Source of the DNA: Clostridium sp. CAG:451
GTDB taxonomy: Bacteria; Bacillota_I; Bacilli_A; RF39; UBA660
Direction of reading: 5' to 3'
Assembly: GCA_000438295.1 (NCBI GenBank)
Contig: FR901073.1
Span: 26,576 to 77,132, forward strand
DNA length: 50,557 nt
A model generated the notes under the pieces. It had not been told where the DNA came from and made no database searches. It worked only from the letters and a program-made list of their open reading frames with translations. How positions within the stretch are numbered: position 1 is the first letter of the stretch; each line of letters starts with the position of its first letter. A program made the position numbers and the translations under genes. This document shows positions 10,579 through 18,344 of the stretch, one piece after another.

Positions 10579-10607
10579 TATCAGTTAATTATAATTGATA
10601 CTTTTTT
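10578..10607 (+). terminator. Putative intrinsic terminator
   Basis: GTATCA (10578-10583) pairs with TGATAC (10596-10601), followed by a T6 run. Confidence 0.5.
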
Positions 10608-10655
10608 GTATAAAAGTTAAAAAACTATTAATAATAATATTGGAGGATGATAAAA

Positions 10656-10877
10656 ATGAATTATGAACAAGTACCAGATATTATTTCTAACAAAGATTTA
10701 GATTATTTAGTAGATATGTTTGATTGGAATTATCTAGCCTATAAAAAAATAGTCAATTATATAGATATGGTAAATAATCTAGAAATAGAAGAGATAATGG
10801 AAAAAGCAGGTAATACCTTTAATGAAAATATGCAAGAGATATTAGATATCTTAAAACAAGGAGGTAACAATGAATAA
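10656..10877 (+). CDS. Small hypothetical helical protein, first gene of the CotF-like trio
   Basis: ATG at 10656 lies 9 nt after GGAGG; the track ATG at 10647 abuts the RBS. Overlaps the next gene by 8 nt. Confidence 0.5.
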   Translation: MNYEQVPDIISNKDLDYLVDMFDWNYLAYKKIVNYIDMVNNLEIEEIMEKAGNTFNENMQEILDILKQGGNNE

Positions 10878-11187
10878 AGAAATTTCTAATCAAAAGATAG
10901 AAGTAGAAGAAGGTATAGAATTAAATGATAAAGATTATATAAATGATTTGTTAACAACTCTAAAAGCTATAGTTAAAGATTATACAGTAGCACTTACGGA
11001 AGTAAGTAATGAGACATTATTTAGTAAATATAAGAAAATGTATGATGACTTATTACAATTACAAAGAGAAACATTTGAAACTATGTTTAGATGTGGATTT
11101 TATAAATTAGAAGAAGCAGATGCTACTAAAATAACAGAAAAGTGTCAAACATTATCACAAGAAAAAGAAAAAATAGAAGGAGAATAG
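10870..11187 (+). CDS. Spore coat protein F (Coat F domain)-like protein
   Basis: LNDKDYINDLLTTLKAIVKDYTVALTEVSNETL...ETMFRCGFYKLE resembles the Coat F domain pattern (D..ilnDlL...K......y..al.E.sn..l...G.Y). Confidence 0.6.
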   Translation: MNKEISNQKIEVEEGIELNDKDYINDLLTTLKAIVKDYTVALTEVSNETLFSKYKKMYDDLLQLQRETFETMFRCGFYKLEEADATKITEKCQTLSQEKEKIEGE

Positions 11188-11188
11188 A

Positions 11189-11626
11189 ATGAAAGAGACA
11201 AATGAATTATTAGAACATATTTATAAAGATGCTTCCATGGGAAGTTATACAATGGAACACTTATTAGAAGATTTGAAAGATAGAGATAATAAGATTAAAG
11301 GACTAGCTGAAGATATCTTAAAAGAATATCAAGAATTTAAAAGTAAAGCTAAAGAACAACTAAAAAAAGAAAATGTTAAACTTGAAGAAGAAGGACTAAT
11401 TGCAAAAATGATGTCAACGATGGGAATTACTAAAGAAGTAAAGAAAGATAATAGTGATGCTGCTATTGCTGATATGTTAATTAAAGGTGTATCAATGGGC
11501 TCTATTGAAATGGAAAAGAAAATAAAAGACTTTGCAAAAGAAGCAGAGAAAGAAGATAAAAAGTTAGCAGAAGACTTTTTAAAGTTTCAACAGAAAACTG
11601 TGGATAAATTAAAAGAATATCTATAA
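11189..11626 (+). CDS. Hypothetical charged helical protein
   Basis: Good RBS (GAAGGAGA). Tightly packed after the CotF-like gene. No family recognised. Confidence 0.5.
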   Translation: MKETNELLEHIYKDASMGSYTMEHLLEDLKDRDNKIKGLAEDILKEYQEFKSKAKEQLKKENVKLEEEGLIAKMMSTMGITKEVKKDNSDAAIADMLIKGVSMGSIEMEKKIKDFAKEAEKEDKKLAEDFLKFQQKTVDKLKEYL

Positions 11627-11648
11627 AACTGTGGAAAACAGTTTTTTT
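11626..11648 (+). terminator. Intrinsic terminator
   Basis: AAACTGT pairs with ACAGTTT across a 5-nt loop, followed by a T-run. Confidence 0.7.
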
Positions 11649-11696
11649 CTTGACAAAAATTTAATATAAGATATTATTAAAATAGAGGTATGCAGT

Positions 11697-12977
11697 ATGA
11701 GAAAAAAAGTGTTAGTAATATTAGGTGTCTTATTGTTGATTATTAGTATTTCTCTTTTTGTAACTGCTAAAATAATTAGTGATAAGAATGAGCTTCAGTA
11801 TAAGAAAACATATCAAGCTTATACACTCTTATATAAAGATGTGGATAAAAAAATTCCAGTAGATGGCATTACTTTAAAATCAGTGGAAAAAGTAGAGAAA
11901 TCAGTGGATTTAGTTGTTTATAAAGAAAAAAAGAAGAGCTTAATGACAAATCTGCAGGAATTAAATAAATATATTAAACTTAGGGATGATATTAATAATT
12001 ACTATGAAAATAATATAGTTAAATCTAGTATTACTATTGAAATGGTAAACGAACTATTAGAAAGAAGTAATAAATTAATAAAGACACATCAAGAACTACT
12101 TCTTCCTAGGATTAATACTATTAAAGAACAAATTGATAATATTAACACTTATAAAACATCAATAGCATTATTATTTACTGATAATACATATCAAACAGTA
12201 AGAAGTGATATAACAAGAGAAAATTTAAATCAAGTTCTTGCTCTAAAAAACAATATATTACAACAAGATGTAATTAATGAACAAGATAATTATCTTAACA
12301 TAGTAGATAAAGAATTAGCTTATAGGGAAGAACAAGAAAGAATAAGACAAGAAGAGGAGAGAAAAAGAAAAGAAGAAGAAGCTAGAAAAGAAAGAGAAAG
12401 ACAAATAAAAGAAGCTTGGACAGTTTTAAATGTGCCATATATTAGTCAAAATAAAAATGGGGTTATTAATGGTTGTGAAGCAGCTTGTATGTTGATGGCT
12501 TTACAATATAAAGGCTATCTACAAAATATGGATTTAGTGACTTATGCTACTAATATGCCTAAAAGTACTAATCCATTTAGTGGTTTTATCTATGATATTT
12601 TTACAGAAGATCCAGTAAGCGTACCTCATTGGATAGCACCTAGCCCTTTAGTAGCCTATGGTAAAACATCATCGGGGTATATTAATATAGAAGATGCGAC
12701 AGGAGCAACCTTAACTGACTTAGACAATCAAGTGGCAGCAGGTAATCCAGTAATAATTTATTTAACATCAAAACTAAATAAACCTAAAGCCTATATAGAA
12801 GGAGCACCTAAGAATGTTCATGTCTTATTATTAGTAGGATATAATTCAATCACTAAAGAACAAATATTAATTGACCCATGGACACATGATGATGGAAGAA
12901 CCAGCTGGCATGTTTCTAAAAGTAAAATAGAACAAATATATAATAATACATCTAAAAGAGCAGTTGTTATAAAATAA
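11697..12977 (+). CDS. Membrane-anchored C39-like (papain-fold) peptidase domain protein with an E/R/K coiled-coil linker
   Basis: N-terminal TM segment, an EEQERIRQEEERKRKEEEARKERERQ linker, then VPYISQNKNGVINGCEAACMLMALQY (catalytic-Cys context of C39_2/YvpB-like peptidases) and a downstream His (NVHVLLLVGY). Confidence 0.6.
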   Translation: MRKKVLVILGVLLLIISISLFVTAKIISDKNELQYKKTYQAYTLLYKDVDKKIPVDGITLKSVEKVEKSVDLVVYKEKKKSLMTNLQELNKYIKLRDDINNYYENNIVKSSITIEMVNELLERSNKLIKTHQELLLPRINTIKEQIDNINTYKTSIALLFTDNTYQTVRSDITRENLNQVLALKNNILQQDVINEQDNYLNIVDKELAYREEQERIRQEEERKRKEEEARKERERQIKEAWTVLNVPYISQNKNGVINGCEAACMLMALQYKGYLQNMDLVTYATNMPKSTNPFSGFIYDIFTEDPVSVPHWIAPSPLVAYGKTSSGYINIEDATGATLTDLDNQVAAGNPVIIYLTSKLNKPKAYIEGAPKNVHVLLLVGYNSITKEQILIDPWTHDDGRTSWHVSKSKIEQIYNNTSKRAVVIK

Positions 12978-13028
12978 TATGACTGTTTTTTAGCTTATAA
13001 TGATATACTAATAAAGAGAAGGTGAAAT

Positions 13029-15329
13029 ATGTTAGATTTAAAAAATATAAGTAAAAGTTATAAGACAGGTAACTTTGTTCAACATGCTTTGAAAAAAGTA
13101 AACTTAAGTTTTAGAAAGAATGAGTTTGTAGCTATACTTGGTCCATCTGGTAGTGGAAAAACAACTCTATTAAATATTATTGGTGGACTAGATAGATATG
13201 ACTCAGGTGATTTAATTATTAATGGAAAAAGTACTAAAAAGTTTAAAGCAACAGAATGGGATAGTTATCGTAATAACTGTGTAGGTTTTATTTTTCAGTC
13301 TTATAATTTAATTAGTCACATAAGTGTTTTAGAAAATGTAGAAATGGCTTTAACTTTATCTGGTTATAAAAGAAAAAATAAAAGAGAAAAAGCCTTAGAA
13401 GCCCTAGATAAAGTTGGTTTAAAAGATCATGCTCATAAAAGACCTAATCAATTAAGTGGTGGTCAAATGCAAAGAGTAGCAATAGCTAGAAGTTTAGTTA
13501 ATAACCCTGATATAATTCTAGCAGATGAACCAACTGGAGCCCTTGACTCTACTACTAGTGTGCAAATAATGAATCTTATCAAAGAAATAGCTAAAGATAA
13601 ATTAGTTATAATGGTAACTCATAATCCAGAACTTGCCAAAAATTATGCTAGTAGAATTATTGAATTTAAAGATGGAGAAATACTATCAGACTCTAATCCA
13701 ATTAAAGAAGAAGAAATAGATACGGGAACAGTTCATATCAAAAAAACAGTACTTAGTTATTTATCAGCTATTCACTTATCATTCAATAACATTAAGACTA
13801 AAAAAGGAAGAACTTTTCTTACTGCCTTTGCTGCTTCTATTGGTATAATTGGTATTGCTCTAATTTTATCTCTTTCCAATGGCTTTCAACTACAAATAGA
13901 CAAGTTTGAAAAAAGTACCTTATCACAGATGCCTGTAACTATTAGTAGTCAAGCTATGCAAATGGATGAAGATACTTTGGAAGAACAAATGCAAACATCA
14001 ACTAATAAAAAGGATAAGTATCCAACGGAACAAGTAGTAAAGCCAACTGAATCAGTAATGGAAAAAATAGTACATACTAACAATATAACTAAAGATTATA
14101 TAAATTATATAGAAAACATTGATAGTAATCTTTTAAGTGGTATATCTTATCTTAAGAAAACAGGACTTAATCTAATAACTAAAGATAACAATAATAACTA
14201 TAAAAAAGTAGATATGGCAAATAGTATGGTGTGGCAAATTTTCCCTACTAGAACACAAGATAAAGAATCAGGCATAGTAGAAGATAATTATGATGTTTTA
14301 GCAGGAAAAATCGATAGTAAAGAAGAAGGACTGATTTTAGCAATAGATTCCAAAAATGAGGTTAGTAAAGCACTAATTGAATCCTTAGGATTTGATTCAT
14401 CTAAAAATATATCCTTCGATGACATATTAAATAAAGAATTCAAGATAGTTACTAATAATGATTATTATAAAAAACTAGGTAATAATTTTATTCCAACTAG
14501 TAATTATGACGAAGTATATAACAATACTAATAGTATAACGGTTAAAATAAAAGCTATTATTAGAGGAAAAGAAGATAAGGAGATGTTTACTAATCAAGCA
14601 TTAATATTTTATACCGGAGCTTTAGTTGATAAAATTATTTCTATAAATAAAGATAGTGAAATAGTAAAAGCTCAGGAAGATAAAGATTATAATATTTTAA
14701 CGGGTACTAGTTTTGATGATACTACTACTAAAGAAGATATCTTAGCTTATTTAGGGGCAGATATGACACCAGCAGTTATTTATCTTTATCCAAAGGATTT
14801 TGCTAGTAAGGATAAAATAACTAGTTACTTAGATAAATATAATAAAAATAAAGCTGATAGTGATAAAATAACTTATACAGATATGGCAAAATTAATGAGT
14901 AGTTTATCTAGTGGAATAATGGATGCTATTACCGTAGTATTAATTGCCTTTTCATCAATATCTTTAGTAGTATCTAGTATAATGATAGCTATAATTACTT
15001 ATATATCTGTCTTAGAAAGAACTAAAGAAATAGGTATTTTAAGAGCTTTGGGTGCAAGAGCAAAAGATATAACTAGAGTATTTAATGCTGAAACTATGTT
15101 AATTGGTTTATGTAGTGGAATCTTAGGACTAGTTATCGCTTATCTATTAACTTTTCCAGCTAATAGAATAATTGAAAATTTGTCAGGACTAGCTTCTGTT
15201 GCTAAACTTAATCCAGTTCATGCTTTAATTCTCTTATTAATAAGTGTATCTTTAACTGTACTTAGTGGTTTCATTCCTGCTAAGATGGCAAGTAAAAAAG
15301 ACCCAGTTATTGCTCTTAGAACAGAATAG
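13029..15329 (+). CDS. Fused ABC transporter ATP-binding/FtsX-type permease (MacB-like)
   Basis: Walker A GPSGSGKTT, signature LSGGQMQRVAIAR, Walker B ILADEPTGALD. The C-terminal FtsX-like permease has four TM segments around a large extracytoplasmic domain. Confidence 0.85.
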   Translation: MLDLKNISKSYKTGNFVQHALKKVNLSFRKNEFVAILGPSGSGKTTLLNIIGGLDRYDSGDLIINGKSTKKFKATEWDSYRNNCVGFIFQSYNLISHISVLENVEMALTLSGYKRKNKREKALEALDKVGLKDHAHKRPNQLSGGQMQRVAIARSLVNNPDIILADEPTGALDSTTSVQIMNLIKEIAKDKLVIMVTHNPELAKNYASRIIEFKDGEILSDSNPIKEEEIDTGTVHIKKTVLSYLSAIHLSFNNIKTKKGRTFLTAFAASIGIIGIALILSLSNGFQLQIDKFEKSTLSQMPVTISSQAMQMDEDTLEEQMQTSTNKKDKYPTEQVVKPTESVMEKIVHTNNITKDYINYIENIDSNLLSGISYLKKTGLNLITKDNNNNYKKVDMANSMVWQIFPTRTQDKESGIVEDNYDVLAGKIDSKEEGLILAIDSKNEVSKALIESLGFDSSKNISFDDILNKEFKIVTNNDYYKKLGNNFIPTSNYDEVYNNTNSITVKIKAIIRGKEDKEMFTNQALIFYTGALVDKIISINKDSEIVKAQEDKDYNILTGTSFDDTTTKEDILAYLGADMTPAVIYLYPKDFASKDKITSYLDKYNKNKADSDKITYTDMAKLMSSLSSGIMDAITVVLIAFSSISLVVSSIMIAIITYISVLERTKEIGILRALGARAKDITRVFNAETMLIGLCSGILGLVIAYLLTFPANRIIENLSGLASVAKLNPVHALILLLISVSLTVLSGFIPAKMASKKDPVIALRTE

Positions 15330-15343
15330 TCTTTAAAAAGTAA

Positions 15344-15377
15344 AAAAACTTTGCTATACTTAAGTAGTAAAGTTTTT
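15344..15377 (+). terminator. Putative terminator hairpin after the ABC gene
   Basis: AAAAACTTT (15344-15352) pairs with AAAGTTTTT (15369-15377). Confidence 0.35.
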
Positions 15378-15381
15378 ATAT

Positions 15382-15457
15382 GCCGACTTAGCTTAGCTGG
15401 TAGAGCAACGCACTCGTAACGCGTAGGTCGAAGGTTCGAATCCTTTAGTCGGCACCA
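15382..15457 (+). tRNA. tRNA-Thr (anticodon CGU)
   Basis: Acceptor stem GCCGACT/AGTCGGC plus ACCA, T-arm GAAGG-TTCGAAT-CCTTT, and anticodon loop CTCGTAA giving CGT. Confidence 0.88.
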
Positions 15458-15515
15458 TATATTGATTATAAATGTTAATATAGATATCTATGTAACAAAT
15501 AGGCCTAAAAGCAAC

Positions 15516-15678
15516 TTGTTAAAAGCTAATTTTTATGATACTATTAGTATGTAAGTAAGACTACTTGCATACAATAGAAAAAGGGAGTACTTAACTTTGC
15601 AACGTTGAGTACTTACCATAAATAATTGGTTTAGTACTTAATTTACATTCGGTTTAATGAATTGAGTACTATTTTTTT
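15516..15678 (+). ncRNA. Candidate antisense sRNA (putative type I antitoxin), from promoter to terminator
   Basis: TTGTTA (15516-15521)-14 nt-TGaTACTAT (-10 at 15539-15544). A bulged 14-16 bp hairpin at 15632-15671 is followed by T7 (15672-15678). Fully complementary to the 3' end and 3' UTR of the minus-strand small ORF. Confidence 0.3.
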
Positions 15679-15758
15679 ATGCATAGAATCATTAAAGAGA
15701 CTATTAATAAAATGATAATTAGTATTAGAAATGAGATTAATAAATCTTTTTTCTTCAT
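15669..15758 (-). CDS. Unannotated 29-aa hydrophobic peptide MKKKDLLISFLILIIILLIVSLMILCIKK (putative type I toxin or small membrane protein)
   Basis: Strong RBS GGAAGGAGG 9 nt upstream of the ATG (15758-15756). Minus-strand promoter TTGTTT-17 nt-TATAAT at 15852-15824. Minus-strand terminator hairpin 15586-15613 followed by a T-run. Confidence 0.45.
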   Translation of the reverse strand: MKKKDLLISFLILIIILLIVSLMILCIKK

Positions 15759-16023
15759 AATATCAAGCCTCCTTCCTATAAGAAGTCGGCAAGTACTCGA
15801 ACAGTTAGTATTCCCTGCACTTAATTATACTATTTGCGTTCTGTAAAAACAATTTAACTATTAATTTTTTAGTAAAATCCGTAGTGATTTGAGTTGGTAT
15901 TTAATTGTAAAATAACAAAAATGGTAGCTATTTTTTTTAATAGAATTATGCTATACTCAATATATCATTTGTGATTATCTAGAAAAGTATATCATAATAT
16001 GATAAAAGAAAGGTTGGTTATTA

Positions 16024-16911
16024 ATGATAATTAATGTTATAAGAGGATTTTTTATGGCACTAGCTGATAGTGTGCCAGGAGTAAGTGGTGGAACAATAGC
16101 ATTTTTAATGGGGTTCTTTGATAAGTTTATTAATTCACTAAACTACTTATTAAAAGGAACAAAAGAGGAAAAAATTAAATCAATAAAATTCTTAGTAAAA
16201 CTATTCCTAGGATGGATTATTGGAATGGGCTTAGCTGTTACTATCTTAGCTAACTTATTTGACAAAGAAATATATAAAATGAGTTCCCTATTCTTAGGAT
16301 TTATAATAGCAGCAATTCCTGTCATGATTATAGAAGAAAAAGAAACAGTTAAAGGAAAATATATAAATATAATATGGGCTATTGTAGGAGCCTTAGCTGT
16401 TATACTACTATCATCATTAAAGATGGGAAGTAATCTAGACCTAACTCACTTAAATATAGGAATGTTTATCTATATCTTCATTGCTGGAATGCTTGCTATC
16501 TCTGCTATGGTTTTACCAGGAATATCAGGATCTACTATACTTTTATCATTCGGACTATATATACCAGTGATAAGTGGTGTTAAAGATTTCCTTCATTTTG
16601 ACCTTAGTAGTTTTCCACTTTTATTAGCACTAGGACTTGGAATCTTGTTTGGAGTAGCTACAGTACTAAGAATAATTAAAAAACTATTAGATAAACATCG
16701 TTCTGCTATGGTATATGCTATTATTGGAATGATGTTAGGTTCATTATATGCTATAGTAATAGGACCAACAACTCTAAAAGTACCACAAAATGCAATGACT
16801 CTTAAAACATTTAGTATTTTATTCTTTATTATAGGAGCAGTAATAGTAGTTGCTTTTCAACAACTTAAAAATCTTCCATTTTATAAAAAACAAATAGCTG
16901 AAGATGAATAA
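16024..16911 (+). CDS. DUF368 family membrane protein (family reported as undecaprenyl-phosphate translocase, PopT-like)
   Basis: MALADSVPGVSGGTIAF near the N-terminus and a second PGISGSTILL repeat. Polytopic membrane protein. Confidence 0.8.
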   Translation: MIINVIRGFFMALADSVPGVSGGTIAFLMGFFDKFINSLNYLLKGTKEEKIKSIKFLVKLFLGWIIGMGLAVTILANLFDKEIYKMSSLFLGFIIAAIPVMIIEEKETVKGKYINIIWAIVGALAVILLSSLKMGSNLDLTHLNIGMFIYIFIAGMLAISAMVLPGISGSTILLSFGLYIPVISGVKDFLHFDLSSFPLLLALGLGILFGVATVLRIIKKLLDKHRSAMVYAIIGMMLGSLYAIVIGPTTLKVPQNAMTLKTFSILFFIIGAVIVVAFQQLKNLPFYKKQIAEDE

Positions 16912-18204
16912 TTAAATCTTTTCTATAACAAAAGAATAATAATAAATAGAAGAAGAATTAGTATGGATAGAAGATATTAATTCTTTTTCTTTATGGTAAA
17001 AAGGATAAATGGTAACAACTCTATATTTAGAATCAAGTGCCATTCTTATAATATCATTTCTAGTGAAATTATTTTGTTTATTAAAATTTTCATAATACCA
17101 ATTATCACTTAGTAATAAATTAATATTCTTAAGATAACTAATATTTTTAAACTCACCAATTATCCTTCCTTTATCCTTTAGATATGGTCTTAGACTATTA
17201 AGAAATAAAATAGGACTATCAACCTTTTCTAGATAATTACCAATAAAAATAGTATCAAAAGTGTTACCATTTAATTCATTTAAACAACTTACAGTTTTAA
17301 AAAACATATTACTAAACTTTCTCTTATTAGCATCTTCTTCAAGCAAAGTGATATTACTATTTCTAAAGAAGTACTTAATTCTTAAAGAAGATACTCCAAT
17401 AGATGAATTATAATCTAGAATATCTTTGGGTTTATTAGCAAGAAAGATAGAGGAATTTTTACTATTATCAAATTCAAAACAGGAAAAATGCCATTTATCT
17501 TCAAAAATAGCTCTATTCCTTAATATAAGAGAATTAAACTTATTAATATCTTCTCTAAAACTAGTACCCCTTTCATGATAGACAAAAGAATCATGACATA
17601 AAAATAACTTGTAAGAAGAAGATAGTATTTGTAAAGCTAAATCATTATCCTCAATATAACCAGGGCTGTATCTTTCATCTAACATCTTAATCTTATTAAT
17701 AACTTCTCTTCTAATAAGTAGACAAAAACCAGTAAGAAAAACTTTTTCTTCCCATCTATTACTATCACTTATATTATTTTTTATAGCCTTCATCTGCATA
17801 TCAATAAAATTTTTAAAGGTAAAACTACCTCCTTGTAGATTATCATTACAATTAGAAACAGGACCGACAGCTCCGATGTTAGGCTTAGAATATAAACACT
17901 TTCTCAAATTAGTTAACCAGTTAGTAGTTATAATAGTATCATTATTAAGAAGAAGAATATCATAACTTTTATTAGCCACACTAATACCTTGGTTACATCC
18001 AATTGGAAACCCTCTATTCTCCTTATTATAAATTACAGTAATGTCAGACTGAGTCTTTAACCAGTTAATAGTATCATCATTAGAATTATTATCTACTACA
18101 ATAATTTCATAAACCTCATTCTTAGTATATGTTTTAATACTTTCAATACACTTCTTAGTTTTCTCTAAATGATTATAAGTAAGAATAATAATACTAGTAC
18201 CCAT
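16912..18204 (-). CDS. Family 2 glycosyltransferase fused to a C-terminal methyltransferase-like domain
   Basis: IIILTYNHLEKTKKCIESI...VVDNNSNDDT and a DxD-type IEDND. The C-terminal FDTIFIGNYLEKVDSPILFLNSLRPYLKDKGRII resembles class I SAM-MTase motifs, but motif I is degenerate (ILDYNSSIG). Confidence 0.78.
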   Translation of the reverse strand: MGTSIIILTYNHLEKTKKCIESIKTYTKNEVYEIIVVDNNSNDDTINWLKTQSDITVIYNKENRGFPIGCNQGISVANKSYDILLLNNDTIITTNWLTNLRKCLYSKPNIGAVGPVSNCNDNLQGGSFTFKNFIDMQMKAIKNNISDSNRWEEKVFLTGFCLLIRREVINKIKMLDERYSPGYIEDNDLALQILSSSYKLFLCHDSFVYHERGTSFREDINKFNSLILRNRAIFEDKWHFSCFEFDNSKNSSIFLANKPKDILDYNSSIGVSSLRIKYFFRNSNITLLEEDANKRKFSNMFFKTVSCLNELNGNTFDTIFIGNYLEKVDSPILFLNSLRPYLKDKGRIIGEFKNISYLKNINLLLSDNWYYENFNKQNNFTRNDIIRMALDSKYRVVTIYPFYHKEKELISSIHTNSSSIYYYSFVIEKI

Positions 18205-18344
18205 TATGTCACCTCATTAAAGAATATGATTCAAAATAACTATTAATAAATTTAACTAGTCGACATCTATTTACAATGAAAGTAAAGAAAACTATTCTTT
18301 TTTTCTTTAAATATTATATAATTGGTATAGGAATGAGGAGAGTT

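Noticed and set aside
10576-10612. TAG read-through to supply the missing hydrophobic tail of the PPKTG protein
   Set aside because: Read-through would add only YQLIIIDTFFV before a TAA. That is too short, has no basic tail, and the sequence doubles as the terminator hairpin.
15996-16012. Shared operator between the palindrome TATCATAATATGATA (upstream of the DUF368 gene) and TTATCATATAATGATAA in the abiE promoter
   Set aside because: These are short AT-rich palindromes overlapping -10-like sequences. The similarity is within what chance would give in this composition.
7662-16023. Genomic island integrated at the tmRNA or tRNA-Thr 3' end
   Set aside because: There is no integrase or recombinase, and no duplicated copy of the tRNA or tmRNA 3' end was noticed downstream. 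The genes that follow are ordinary chromosomal types.
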